A stretch of 62,310 nt of DNA, filler included. It is 6 parts of 6 records of this genome, joined end to end, with 100 filler letters (N's around TTAATTAATTAA, not from the genome) between each part and the next. Parts side by side here need not be neighbours in the genome. Positions count along the whole stretch, not along the records: positions 27,244 to 38,856 come from SRR31156797_15243; positions 38,957 to 44,310 come from SRR31156797_15253; 4 more parts are not named here. One strand, given 5' to 3'. This document shows positions 29,405 to 39,002 of the stretch, in pieces. The notes under the pieces were generated by a model. That model made no database searches. It was not told the DNA's origin and was given only the letters and a program-made list of their open reading frames with translations. Position 1 is the stretch's first letter, and each line of letters begins with the position of its first letter. The position numbers and the translations under genes are program-made.

Positions 29405-30742
29405 GTGAATAAATTTTCACGTATTGGATTTATATTTGCCGCTGCAGGTTCTGCAGTTGGGCTAGGAAATATATGGAAGTTTCCATATATTACAGGTGAG
29501 TTTGGTGGAGGAGCTTTTGTTCTTGTTTACCTACTTTGTATAGCTTTTATTGGTTTGGTAGTATTTATTGCTGAATCATTTTTAGGTCAATCTTCTGAAG
29601 CAAATGTTTCTTCTACATTTGTAAAACTTTCAAAATCTAAAAACCCTTCTTGGAAATTTAGTGGTTTTATGGTTTTTGCTGGGCTTATAATCTTATCTTT
29701 CTATTCTGTTGTTTTAGGTTGGATTATAAACTATATTGTAACTTCATTTAGTGGTTTACCTGTTGGTGCAGATGCTGCTGGAGCTACTTTTGGAAAATTA
29801 ATATCAGAAGATATAGGACTTCAAATTTTCTATCATACAATTGTTGCATTTATTACAATCTTTATTGTTTTAAAAGGTGTAAAAGCTGGTATTGAAAAAA
29901 TAAACTTAATCTTAATGCCTTTATTAGGGTTAATTCTATTTGGACTTTTAGCTTACTCTTTGACACTTGATGGATTTGGAAAAGCTGTAGACTTTATGTT
30001 TAATGCTGATTGGAGTAAGATTGATGAAAATGCTCTTCTTGCTGCATTAGGACAAGCATTCTTCACACTATCATTAGGTATTGGTACTATTCTTACTTAT
30101 GCTGCTTCTTTACCAAAAAATGAAAACTTTATAAAATCATCAGTTATGGTTGCTATTGTAGATACATCAATTGCAATAATTGCTGGGTTAATTATCTTCT
30201 CATTTTTATTTGAAGCTGGTGCCCAAAGTAGTGCTGGTCCAGGACTTGTATTTATATCACTTCCTGTAATTTTTGAACAATGGGGAACATTAGGAAATGT
30301 AATCGCAGTTGCATTTTTTACAGCTTTATTATTTGCAGGGATTACTTCTGCTGTTTCTATGATTGAGCCTGTATTAATGTTGTTTATTGAAAGATTTAAC
30401 ATGACTAGAAAAAAAGCAGTTATTATATGTGGTTCTATATTTTATTCACTAGGTATTGTGGCTTTATTATCTATGTCAAATGCCTTTAAAGACTCTCTAA
30501 CTTTCTTTGGTAAAAATGCATTTGATTGGATGGATTTCATAACTTCATCTATCTCAATGCCAATTGCTGCAATTGTTACTTGTGTATTCTTAGGTTACTT
30601 CGTAAATAAAGAAACAATAAAAGAAAAATTTACACAACATGTTTCAGTAACAGTATTTAACATCTGGTATGTACTTGTTAAATATATTGTTCCTGTAGCA
30701 ATTACTATACTTTTACTAAATAAACTTGGAGTTATTAAATAA
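29405..30742 (+). CDS. Sodium-dependent transporter (NSS/SNF family)
   Basis: GSAVGLGNIWKFPY, GGGAF, QAFFTLSLG, GPGLVF. Confidence 0.93.
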   Translation: MNKFSRIGFIFAAAGSAVGLGNIWKFPYITGEFGGGAFVLVYLLCIAFIGLVVFIAESFLGQSSEANVSSTFVKLSKSKNPSWKFSGFMVFAGLIILSFYSVVLGWIINYIVTSFSGLPVGADAAGATFGKLISEDIGLQIFYHTIVAFITIFIVLKGVKAGIEKINLILMPLLGLILFGLLAYSLTLDGFGKAVDFMFNADWSKIDENALLAALGQAFFTLSLGIGTILTYAASLPKNENFIKSSVMVAIVDTSIAIIAGLIIFSFLFEAGAQSSAGPGLVFISLPVIFEQWGTLGNVIAVAFFTALLFAGITSAVSMIEPVLMLFIERFNMTRKKAVIICGSIFYSLGIVALLSMSNAFKDSLTFFGKNAFDWMDFITSSISMPIAAIVTCVFLGYFVNKETIKEKFTQHVSVTVFNIWYVLVKYIVPVAITILLLNKLGVIK

Positions 30743-32079
30743 TGAACACATTTTCTAGAATTGGTTTTATATTGGCCGCTGCGGGTTCTGCAGTTGGTCT
30801 TGGTAACATTTGGAAATTTCCATATGTGACAGGAGAAAACGGTGGAGGAGCTTTTGTATTAATATACTTAGTTGCTATTGCCTTAATAGGTTTAACAATC
30901 TTTATTGCAGAATCATATATTGGTAAAGAAGCTAGATCAAATGCTGCTCATGCATACCAATTAGTTTCAAAAAGTAAAAAAAGCACTTGGAGATGGGCAG
31001 GATTTCAAATCTTTACGGGTATTGTTATTCTTTCATTTTATGCTTTTATTATTGGTTGGATTTTAAACTATATCCTTTTATCATTTAGTGGTTTCCCAAG
31101 TGATATCAAAGATGCTGAAAATGTATTTATGTCACTTATAACAGAAGAAATTGGAACACAAATTTTATTTCATACTATTGTTACAGCTACAATCATTTTT
31201 ATTATTCTAAAAGGTGTAAAAGAGGGAATTGAAAAACTTAACCTTGTATTAATGCCTCTTCTTGGACTAATATTAATAGGTTTATTAATATATTCAATTA
31301 GCCTTGATTCTTTTTCTCAAGCTTTAGAATTTATGTTTATGCCTGACTGGTCAAAAATAAACGAAAATGCAATCCTTGCCGCAGTGGGGCAAGCTTTCTT
31401 TACTCTATCTCTTGGTATGGGGATTATAATCACTTATTCTGCATCTATGGAGAAAGAAACTAATTTTGTAAAATCATCTATTATGGTTGCACTTGTTGAC
31501 ACATCTGTTGCTATCATTGCTGGTATTATTATCTTCTCTTTCCTTTTTTCTGCAGGAGCTGAAAGTACTGCTGGACCAGGTTTAGTATTTATTTCATTAC
31601 CTCTTATTTTCTCTACTTGGGGAGTATTTGGACAAATTGTTGGATGTGCATTTTTTGTAGCACTTTTATTTGCAGGTATCACATCAGCAGTTTCTTTACT
31701 TGAGCCACCATTAATGTATTTAATGGAAAAATTTAAAATGACAAGACTAAAAGCAACAGTTATTGGTGGAACATTTTTCTATCTTTTAGGTATTGTTGCC
31801 CTACTTTCTATGAGTAAAGATTTTGGAGAACTTTTAACATTCTTTGGTAAAAATCTATTTGATTGGTTAGACTTCCTAACATCATCTATTGCTATGCCTA
31901 TTTCTGGGTTTATAACTTGTATTTTCTTAGGATACTTTGTAGATCAAGAGGAGCTAAAATCAAAATTCACTTCTCACATCAGTATAGGGTTATTTAATGT
32001 ATGGCTAGTTTTAGTTAGGTTTATAGTTCCAATTGCAATTGTTATATTGTTTTTAAATAAACTTGGGGTTATCAAATAA
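30742..32079 (+). CDS. Sodium-dependent transporter (NSS/SNF family), tandem paralog
   Basis: Same motifs and same length (445 aa); TAATG stop/start coupling. Confidence 0.93.
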   Translation: MNTFSRIGFILAAAGSAVGLGNIWKFPYVTGENGGGAFVLIYLVAIALIGLTIFIAESYIGKEARSNAAHAYQLVSKSKKSTWRWAGFQIFTGIVILSFYAFIIGWILNYILLSFSGFPSDIKDAENVFMSLITEEIGTQILFHTIVTATIIFIILKGVKEGIEKLNLVLMPLLGLILIGLLIYSISLDSFSQALEFMFMPDWSKINENAILAAVGQAFFTLSLGMGIIITYSASMEKETNFVKSSIMVALVDTSVAIIAGIIIFSFLFSAGAESTAGPGLVFISLPLIFSTWGVFGQIVGCAFFVALLFAGITSAVSLLEPPLMYLMEKFKMTRLKATVIGGTFFYLLGIVALLSMSKDFGELLTFFGKNLFDWLDFLTSSIAMPISGFITCIFLGYFVDQEELKSKFTSHISIGLFNVWLVLVRFIVPIAIVILFLNKLGVIK

Positions 32080-32081
32080 GT

Positions 32082-32107
32082 AGAAGATAGGTTTAAACCT
32101 ATCTTCT
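32082..32107. terminator. Perfect 26-bp palindrome between convergent genes, probable terminator
   Basis: agaagataggtttaaacctatcttct. Confidence 0.7.
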
Positions 32108-33370
32108 GAAACTTCTATTAGAATCTCTTTTTGTCGTTTTCTTAGACTTTGCAGGTTCTTTTTTTACAGGTGTTTTTTTACCTTTTTTCTCACTAAGTTT
32201 TTTCTTTGCTTGTGCTTTTTGTCTTGGCTGTCTATCTTTTAGAGGAAAGTCATCATGAACTTCTCTTTTTACATTTAGTTTTAGATTTCTTTCTATTTTT
32301 GTAAAATGATTATAATCTTCAACAGTTAAAATAGTAATAACTTCACCTCTGTTCCCTGCTCTACCTGTTCTTCCAACTCTATGAGTGAAATCATCAGTTG
32401 CTTCTGGTAAAGAGTAGTTTATTACTAAAGGAAGTTTTTCTATATCTAAACCTCTTGCCGCAATATCTGTTGCAATAAGTACTTGTATTTTTTTATTTCT
32501 AAAATCTTTTATTGCTTGAACTCTTTGATTATATTCAATTCCACCATGAATTGCAGCTACTTTTACACCATGTTTTTTAAAATGTTCTATTGCTGCATCA
32601 GCACTCTCTTTTTTATTTACAAAAAGTAAAATTTGGTCATACTTTGATTCTTTTATAAGAGTTGTAATAAGCTCTTTTTTCTTTAATTTATCAATCTTAT
32701 AAGCTTTATGAGTAATCAAATCAACTTTGTCTCTTCTGTCATGAATTTGTACAGTTACAGGCTCTTTTAAGAACTCTTTTGCAAGTTTGTTAATGTTTTG
32801 AGAGATAGTTGCAGAGCACATTACAATTTGTCTTTTTGGAGAACATAAAGAGAAAACCTCTTCAATCTCTTCAATAAATCCCATCTCAAGCATTGTATCA
32901 GCTTCGTCTAAAATAATAAAATTAACTGATGACAAATCTAAAATATCATCTCCAGCTAAATCAAGTAACCTACCAGGAGTAGCAACAATGATGTCTATTC
33001 CAGTAGCTAGAACTTCTGCTTGTTTTGTTCTACTTGTTCCACCCATAATTTTTGTATGCTTAACTTTTAAAAATCTTCCATAATCAGACAAAGATTTTGA
33101 TACTTGCTCTACAAGTTCTCTTGTTGGAACTAGAATCAAACCTCTTAAAACTCTATTGTGAAAGTTTAGATTTGAGTTGATTTTATTTAGCATAGGAAGT
33201 ACATATGAAGCTGTTTTTCCTGTTCCAGATTTTGAAGCTGCAATTACATCAATACCTTTTGAAACAATAGGAACTACTTTTTTCTGTACTTTTGTAGGTG
33301 CATCATAACCTTTTGTTTCTATCGCTTTTAAAATTGCATTATGCAGATTTAATTCACTAAATTTATTTAT
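32099..33370 (-). CDS. DEAD-box RNA helicase, probable non-canonical ATA start
   Basis: Frame extends 59 codons upstream of the track ATG and contains the Q motif (FSELNL...GYDAPTKVQ) and Walker A (SKSGTGKT); also PTREL, DEAD, SAT, HRVGRTGR. Confidence 0.88.
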   Translation of the reverse strand: MNKFSELNLHNAILKAIETKGYDAPTKVQKKVVPIVSKGIDVIAASKSGTGKTASYVLPMLNKINSNLNFHNRVLRGLILVPTRELVEQVSKSLSDYGRFLKVKHTKIMGGTSRTKQAEVLATGIDIIVATPGRLLDLAGDDILDLSSVNFIILDEADTMLEMGFIEEIEEVFSLCSPKRQIVMCSATISQNINKLAKEFLKEPVTVQIHDRRDKVDLITHKAYKIDKLKKKELITTLIKESKYDQILLFVNKKESADAAIEHFKKHGVKVAAIHGGIEYNQRVQAIKDFRNKKIQVLIATDIAARGLDIEKLPLVINYSLPEATDDFTHRVGRTGRAGNRGEVITILTVEDYNHFTKIERNLKLNVKREVHDDFPLKDRQPRQKAQAKKKLSEKKGKKTPVKKEPAKSKKTTKRDSNRSFRR

Positions 33371-33381
33371 AATTTATCCTT

Positions 33382-33708
33382 TTAAAATGCACCAGACATT
33401 ATTTCATCATCTAAGTATGCATCTATTTTTTCAATTAGCTTTTCATAAGAGATTTCTCCCTTTTTCTCAAAAAGAACCATCTCTTCTCCAAAATCATTTT
33501 TAATAAAATGATCACCTTTTTTAACTTTTGCATATAAGTCTTTTATATCTTTTGGAGAATCTATCTCGTTGTATAAAAACCAATTTGCAGTTGTATCTTC
33601 AAGTCTAATTAGACCATATGTCTTAGCTTCATCAACATAATCTTGTATTGTACCATTATTAAAAGTTGCACCAACTACTAAATCGTTTTCATTTAAAATC
33701 ATTTCCAT
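33382..33708 (-). CDS. Hypothetical protein
   Basis: 108-aa acidic ORF with SD-like AAAGG, directly upstream of the helicase. Confidence 0.65.
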   Translation of the reverse strand: MEMILNENDLVVGATFNNGTIQDYVDEAKTYGLIRLEDTTANWFLYNEIDSPKDIKDLYAKVKKGDHFIKNDFGEEMVLFEKKGEISYEKLIEKIDAYLDDEIMSGAF

Positions 33709-33850
33709 ATAAAAACAGCCTTTTTTATGTATTAATTCGCAATAATATCAAGATTTTGATTAAATAAAAAGATTTAAAACTAAAATAATCTTCTTTTATA
33801 TTTTTAAGTGTTTTGATGTTAATATTTATTATTCTAAAAAAAGGCTTTTT

Positions 33851-34438
33851 ATGAATACTATTTTTAATCAAGTTTCAAACACACAATTTACTAATTCACA
33901 AAACCAAAACAATAGAAATACAGCACAAGAAGAGAAATCTTTTCAAACATTATTAGATGAAAAGCAAGAAGAAAAAAACGATATAAAACAAGAGAAAAGC
34001 CAAGAGAAAGAAAACCTTCAAAACCTTCTTGATGATGTGAAGTTTTTAGTAAATACAGGTCTTACAAAAAGTGAAATGGAACACATCACAGAACTAATAC
34101 AAAAAATAAACGAAGCAATCAAACAAGCGGCAGAAAATGGAAGTTCATCATATGATATTCAAAGTATGGTAAAAAATCTTCAAGATATGATTGATTCTAT
34201 CGCCAAAAGAGTTTCAGGACGATATATCAAAGAGAGTGACGAAGATGGTACAATTAAAAATGAAAGTACAAACTTTCAAGATAAAGAGCTTACAAATCTA
34301 GCTTCAAAAGTTGAAGAACTAAAAGAGACTTTTAATAACTTAAAAGATGGTTACCAAGTAAACTCTATAGATACAAGTAATTATAGAAGAACTAATTGGG
34401 AAAGTGAACTTAAAAAATACCAAAATATGTTTACTTAA
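33851..34438 (+). CDS. Hypothetical N/Q/E/K-rich coiled-coil protein
   Basis: 195-aa ORF with SD-like AAGG. Confidence 0.65.
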   Translation: MNTIFNQVSNTQFTNSQNQNNRNTAQEEKSFQTLLDEKQEEKNDIKQEKSQEKENLQNLLDDVKFLVNTGLTKSEMEHITELIQKINEAIKQAAENGSSSYDIQSMVKNLQDMIDSIAKRVSGRYIKESDEDGTIKNESTNFQDKELTNLASKVEELKETFNNLKDGYQVNSIDTSNYRRTNWESELKKYQNMFT

Positions 34439-34491
34439 TAATTTTTTATAATTTAAAATAAACTTTATTACTTTATGGTAAAATCAATTTT

Positions 34492-35649
34492 ATGAATAAA
34501 AAACTTTTACCAATAATAATCCTATTTTCTTTTACTGGCTGTGGGGTGAATGATGTATACAATATAAGTCGTGCAGTAATAAGCAAAGACCCATCAGCTG
34601 CTTTTCAATCACTTGCAAAATCAAAAGCAATAAACTACTCAATGAATCCAAAAAGACTTGCAAAAGATATTGAATCATTAGGTTCTTTTCTAAAAAAAAT
34701 AACATCTGTTTGGGGTGAAGACAATGCTAAAATGCCCAAGAAAAAAGAGTATGTTAAATATATGCAAAACTATAAAAGTAGAGCTTTAATAGATTTTGAT
34801 AAAGGGATAGTTACAGTACAAACAATTGATACAAAAAATACAAAACAGAGTCTTAAAAATGCTATTGTTACAACTTTGCTTCTACCTGAAGACCCTAGAG
34901 CAGCAGATTTATTTGGTGCAGGAAAAGTAAAACTTGGAGCAACTCCATATCTATATAAAGAGGTTAAAGATGACCAAAACAAAAACATAAGATATGAATG
35001 GAGAGCAAATAGGTTTGCAAATCTTCTTACTAAAAGCAAAACAAAATACAAAACTATAAAAAATGCAAACAAAACAATAAAAGTTTCATATGTAGATATT
35101 CCTATGGTAAAAGATCATGCATCAGTTAGAGTTACTAAATTCAAACCTTTAGTAAAACAATATGCAAAACAATACGCAATAAGTGAAAATTTAATCTATG
35201 CAATAATCAAAACTGAAAGTAACTTTAACCAATTTGCAGTGAGTAATGCAGGTGCTTATGGACTAATGCAGATTGTTCCAAGTAGTGCAGGAAAAGATTC
35301 GTACAAATATATCACAGGAAAAAACTGGAAACCCTCTTCTTCTTATCTTTTCGATGCAAAAAACAACATAAAGTTAGGAAGTGCATATCTTAAAATACTA
35401 AATACAAAATATCTTTCAGGGATTCAAAATGATATATCAAAAGAATATTGTGTGATTAGCGCTTATAATACAGGAAGTGGAAATGTACTTAAAACATTTT
35501 CAACAAATAGAAATAGAGCATATAGAATAATAAACCAAAAAACTCCTGCTGAAGTTTATTCAACCCTTAGAAATAATCTACCTTATGATGAGACAAAAAG
35601 ATACCTGAAAAAGGTAATTGATTATAAAAAAGAGTTTATTAATATCTAA
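34492..35649 (+). CDS. mltC: Membrane-bound lytic murein transglycosylase C
   Basis: Lipobox FTGC; DUF3393-like N-terminal domain; SLT motifs IKTESNFN, GLMQI, AYNTG, ETKRY. Confidence 0.88.
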   Translation: MNKKLLPIIILFSFTGCGVNDVYNISRAVISKDPSAAFQSLAKSKAINYSMNPKRLAKDIESLGSFLKKITSVWGEDNAKMPKKKEYVKYMQNYKSRALIDFDKGIVTVQTIDTKNTKQSLKNAIVTTLLLPEDPRAADLFGAGKVKLGATPYLYKEVKDDQNKNIRYEWRANRFANLLTKSKTKYKTIKNANKTIKVSYVDIPMVKDHASVRVTKFKPLVKQYAKQYAISENLIYAIIKTESNFNQFAVSNAGAYGLMQIVPSSAGKDSYKYITGKNWKPSSSYLFDAKNNIKLGSAYLKILNTKYLSGIQNDISKEYCVISAYNTGSGNVLKTFSTNRNRAYRIINQKTPAEVYSTLRNNLPYDETKRYLKKVIDYKKEFINI

Positions 35650-36707
35650 TGACCACTCATTAAAGTAGCTTGAAACTCTTCAAACCTACTCTCTTGGGTT
35701 TTAAGTTTTTCTACTAACTTATTATTTAATTTCTTAACCTCATAAAGTTCAAATAATATTTTTTGTGCATTATTTACATTTTCATCAACTTGTTTTTGAA
35801 GTTTTGATGCAAGTTCTGAATAATAATCTTTTTCTTTTCTAAGTTCAGAATGGCTTTTTAAATTTTCACTTTTTAATAAAAATATGTGTTTTCTCAATGA
35901 TAAAATCTCATTTTCATATTTTGAAATAAGTGTAGAGAATTCAATATATTTTTTTATTCTTCCATCATTAAAAAAGATTGGAAGTATTGTTGAGTGTGTA
36001 TAATAAAAAGTTCCTTTTTTAGTGATTTTTTTACTAAGTCCAACCCACGACTTACCTTTTCTAAGAAGTTCCATGACTTTTATATCTGGTAGTTCCGTAT
36101 GCCTAAAAATTTCTTTGTTATTAAACTCTAAGCCTATTAATTCATCTATTTCATATCCAGAGTTTATTATAAAGGCATCATTTGCAGAAGTGATTTTAAA
36201 GTTCAAATCTAACTCACATATGATATTACAAGTATCTAATATAGACATGAACTGTCTAAGTTCATTGTTTTTTGTTGCTAATTCTTTTTTCTGTTGTTTT
36301 CTATGAAGAAATTCTGATATTATTTTTAAAGTTGTATTTAACTGTATAGGCTTTGCAATATAGTTTGTAAGATTAAATTTAATAGCTTTAATTAGTATAC
36401 TCATATCAGTAAAAGTTGAAGAGATTAAAATAGGAATTTCCCAATCTACTTTTCTTAACTCTGATAAAATATTAACACCTTCATAATCGGGGAAGTCAAC
36501 ATCACATAAAATTACATCTATATCTACTTTGTGTTCTAGAAAACATTTCATTGCTTCTTGTTTATCTTTTGCAACATAAACTTTTTTAAAAAATACTGAC
36601 AACAACTCTGAAGTATTTAGCCTAACAATTTCATTACTTTCGATAAAAAGTATTGAAGAAGTTGCCAAATAATTTTTATCGAAAGAACATTCTTGATGAA
36701 AAGACAT
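35646..36707 (-). CDS. Response regulator with PAS domain and C-terminal coiled coil
   Basis: Receiver domain (ILCD, YIAKP) followed by ANDAF..SGY..DELIG PAS motif. Confidence 0.8.
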   Translation of the reverse strand: MSFHQECSFDKNYLATSSILFIESNEIVRLNTSELLSVFFKKVYVAKDKQEAMKCFLEHKVDIDVILCDVDFPDYEGVNILSELRKVDWEIPILISSTFTDMSILIKAIKFNLTNYIAKPIQLNTTLKIISEFLHRKQQKKELATKNNELRQFMSILDTCNIICELDLNFKITSANDAFIINSGYEIDELIGLEFNNKEIFRHTELPDIKVMELLRKGKSWVGLSKKITKKGTFYYTHSTILPIFFNDGRIKKYIEFSTLISKYENEILSLRKHIFLLKSENLKSHSELRKEKDYYSELASKLQKQVDENVNNAQKILFELYEVKKLNNKLVEKLKTQESRFEEFQATLMSGH

Positions 36708-36834
36708 GTTTTTCTCCTAGTTTTTTCTTAATAAGAAAAATTAAATAATAGAAAATAATTTTTATTATAGCATAAAATTTAGTTATTTTTAATTTAAAAA
36801 TATTATTTTCTCTTAATTCTAGTATAATTTATCT

Positions 36835-38073
36835 TTATAAATAGATTTTGATAGTGAATATTATTAATAAAATATTTAAAAGTATAAAATAATTTTTACC
36901 AAAAATACTTAAAAAACTGCATATTATATATGCAACAAAAAAATAAATGTTAGTTTGAAAACTATATATATAAGGTTCAAAATTTAGAAAAATACTTAGA
37001 TATCTGTCTAAAAAATCGGCATTGTGTGTAAAATGAAGTAATAACTCAAAAGGATAAAATAAAGTAAAAAAGACTGTTATCAAAGGAGAAAAAAGTTGAA
37101 TAAGACTTGTTTCGGTAAAGAAAAAATGAACAATTGGATTAAATGCCAAAAAAATCCAAAAGTTAAAGAACAAAAAACTAAATAATTTTGGTAAATAAAG
37201 AAAATACTTTAAATACAAAAAAATATAAAATACTCCAGTAACTGAAAACCATAAAGATATTGAGAATAAATACTCTGGATAAAAAGAGAGTATAAACAAA
37301 ACAATATAAGATAAACTTTGAAAAGATATTAACTTTATATTTGAACGAAGAAGTAAAAAAGAAAAAACAAACATCAAAAATGCACGAAGAAAAGATGGTA
37401 CAAAAGAGATAAAATAAAGATATATAAAAATAACAAGACCTGACATTATAAGTAAATCTGCTTTTATATTTCTATATATACAATATTTTTTATGTATAAA
37501 AGAATATGGTAAAAAAAGTATCCAATAAACTACAAAAAGAATAATTGAGAGGTGGAAACCAGATATTGCGATAAGATGGCTTATTCCAAAAGAAGTATAA
37601 ATCTCTCTATTCTGCTTTGATATTGGGATTGCTAAAAAAAGTGCAGAAAAAAGCTCTTGGATATTTGTATTTTTATGAAGACTATTAAGTTTGTTTAAGA
37701 TGTTGCTCTTTATAGATATAGTTCTAATAGGCTTATTATAATAAAGAGATTTAGTATAAAACCCTTTTAAATAAGAATAAAAAGAGATACTGTTTGTCAA
37801 TAAAGTTATATTTAATCTATCTAGTTTCTTGAACTTATATTCTTTGTTAACAGAAGTAAAAAAAGTAAAATCACTATTTTTTAATTTTAATACCAAAAAA
37901 TCGTTTTTATCGTATATATTTAAGATTGTAAAAGTATCAGAGAAAACCTCTTCTTTTATAAGCTCTTTATATTTTAAATATGAATATGTGTAGTTATAAC
38001 TTGCAATAAAAAGTAAGCAAAGTAAAAAAACTAAGTGTTGTTTTTTTAAAAAATTGATTTGTAAACTATTCAT
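36835..38073 (-). CDS. comEC: ComEC/Rec2 family competence protein
   Basis: GISHLIAISGFH signature, PSFLRA, multiple TM helices. Confidence 0.85.
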   Translation of the reverse strand: MNSLQINFLKKQHLVFLLCLLFIASYNYTYSYLKYKELIKEEVFSDTFTILNIYDKNDFLVLKLKNSDFTFFTSVNKEYKFKKLDRLNITLLTNSISFYSYLKGFYTKSLYYNKPIRTISIKSNILNKLNSLHKNTNIQELFSALFLAIPISKQNREIYTSFGISHLIAISGFHLSIILFVVYWILFLPYSFIHKKYCIYRNIKADLLIMSGLVIFIYLYFISFVPSFLRAFLMFVFSFLLLRSNIKLISFQSLSYIVLFILSFYPEYLFSISLWFSVTGVFYIFLYLKYFLYLPKLFSFLFFNFWIFLAFNPIVHFFFTETSLIQLFSPLITVFFTLFYPFELLLHFTHNADFLDRYLSIFLNFEPYIYSFQTNIYFFVAYIICSFLSIFGKNYFILLNILLIIFTIKIYL

Positions 38074-38105
38074 TTGAATAGTTTACAAAAATATAACTAT
38101 AAATA

Positions 38106-38855
38106 TTATTTAGTAGATTTTCTTTTCCAAATACTCATTTGTGAAATTGAGTGTTGATATTTTCTTTTTGTCTCTTTTATAACAAAAGGAACATCAACTG
38201 TATCTACAAGTTCAAATCTATCTTCTAAATTTTCTTTTAATGTGTCTAAAGTTTTTACTTCTTTGTTATCTTTAATAAAACCACCAAGCCAGTTCTCTTT
38301 TGGAGTATAATCCTCTAACCAAGTATAAGGGCTTAATAATACTAATAAACCATTATCATTTACTCTATTTGGCACATCATTTAAAAACTTCATTGGGTAA
38401 TATAATCTATCTATTAAGTTAGAGCAAAAAATCAAGTCATATCCTGTATAGATATCTTTTAAATTGCAAGCATCTCCTTGCATAAATTCAACTTTATCTT
38501 TAATATCTTCTAAACCTAAATCTTTTAAAGAAACACTTTTTTCATCAAATAACTCACCTTCTGTTGCGACTTTGAAAGTTAAAGAGTCATATTTTTTAAG
38601 TTTAACTCCAACATTAATAAAGTTGGCACTAAAGTCAATACCTAATACCTCATCAAACTGTTTTGCTAACTCAAAAGAGCTTCTTCCTACTGAACAGCCT
38701 AAATCAAGAGCTTTAAAAGTATTTATATCTTTTAAATAAGGTTTTAAAATATCTACAGAATGTTTAGGGAAGTTTTTAACACCATAATACTCTTCTCCAT
38801 AATGGAACTCACAATATTGAGAGATTTGCTCATCTGTTTCATATACATTGTCATT
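38106..38855 (-). CDS. ovoA: Ovothiol biosynthesis OvoA, C-terminal methyltransferase domain, 5'-truncated
   Basis: Open from contig edge: NVYETDEQISQYCEFHYG...NFP...ALDLGCSVGRSSFELA...GIDFS...NLIDRLY...SPYTWLEDYTPKENWLGG...RKYQHS. Confidence 0.82.
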   Translation of the reverse strand, partial: NDNVYETDEQISQYCEFHYGEEYYGVKNFPKHSVDILKPYLKDINTFKALDLGCSVGRSSFELAKQFDEVLGIDFSANFINVGVKLKKYDSLTFKVATEGELFDEKSVSLKDLGLEDIKDKVEFMQGDACNLKDIYTGYDLIFCSNLIDRLYYPMKFLNDVPNRVNDNGLLVLLSPYTWLEDYTPKENWLGGFIKDNKEVKTLDTLKENLEDRFELVDTVDVPFVIKETKRKYQHSISQMSIWKRKSTK

Positions 38856-38856
38856 T

Positions 38857-38956
38857 NNNNNNNNNNNNNNNNNNNNNNNNNNNNNNNNNNNNNNNNNNNN
38901 TTAATTAATTAANNNNNNNNNNNNNNNNNNNNNNNNNNNNNNNNNNNNNNNNNNNN
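38857..38956. other. Artificial contig spacer
   Basis: 44 N + TTAATTAATTAA + 44 N. Confidence 0.97.
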
Positions 38957-38983
38957 AAGTCCCCTTTAGGGGATTTAGGGGTG
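38957..38983. repeat. REP-like palindromic element at contig edge
   Basis: aagtcccct-tt-aggggattt-aggggt hairpin; reads KSPLGDLGV in one frame. Confidence 0.55.
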
Positions 38984-39002
38984 AAATCTACACAATATAA
39001 CT

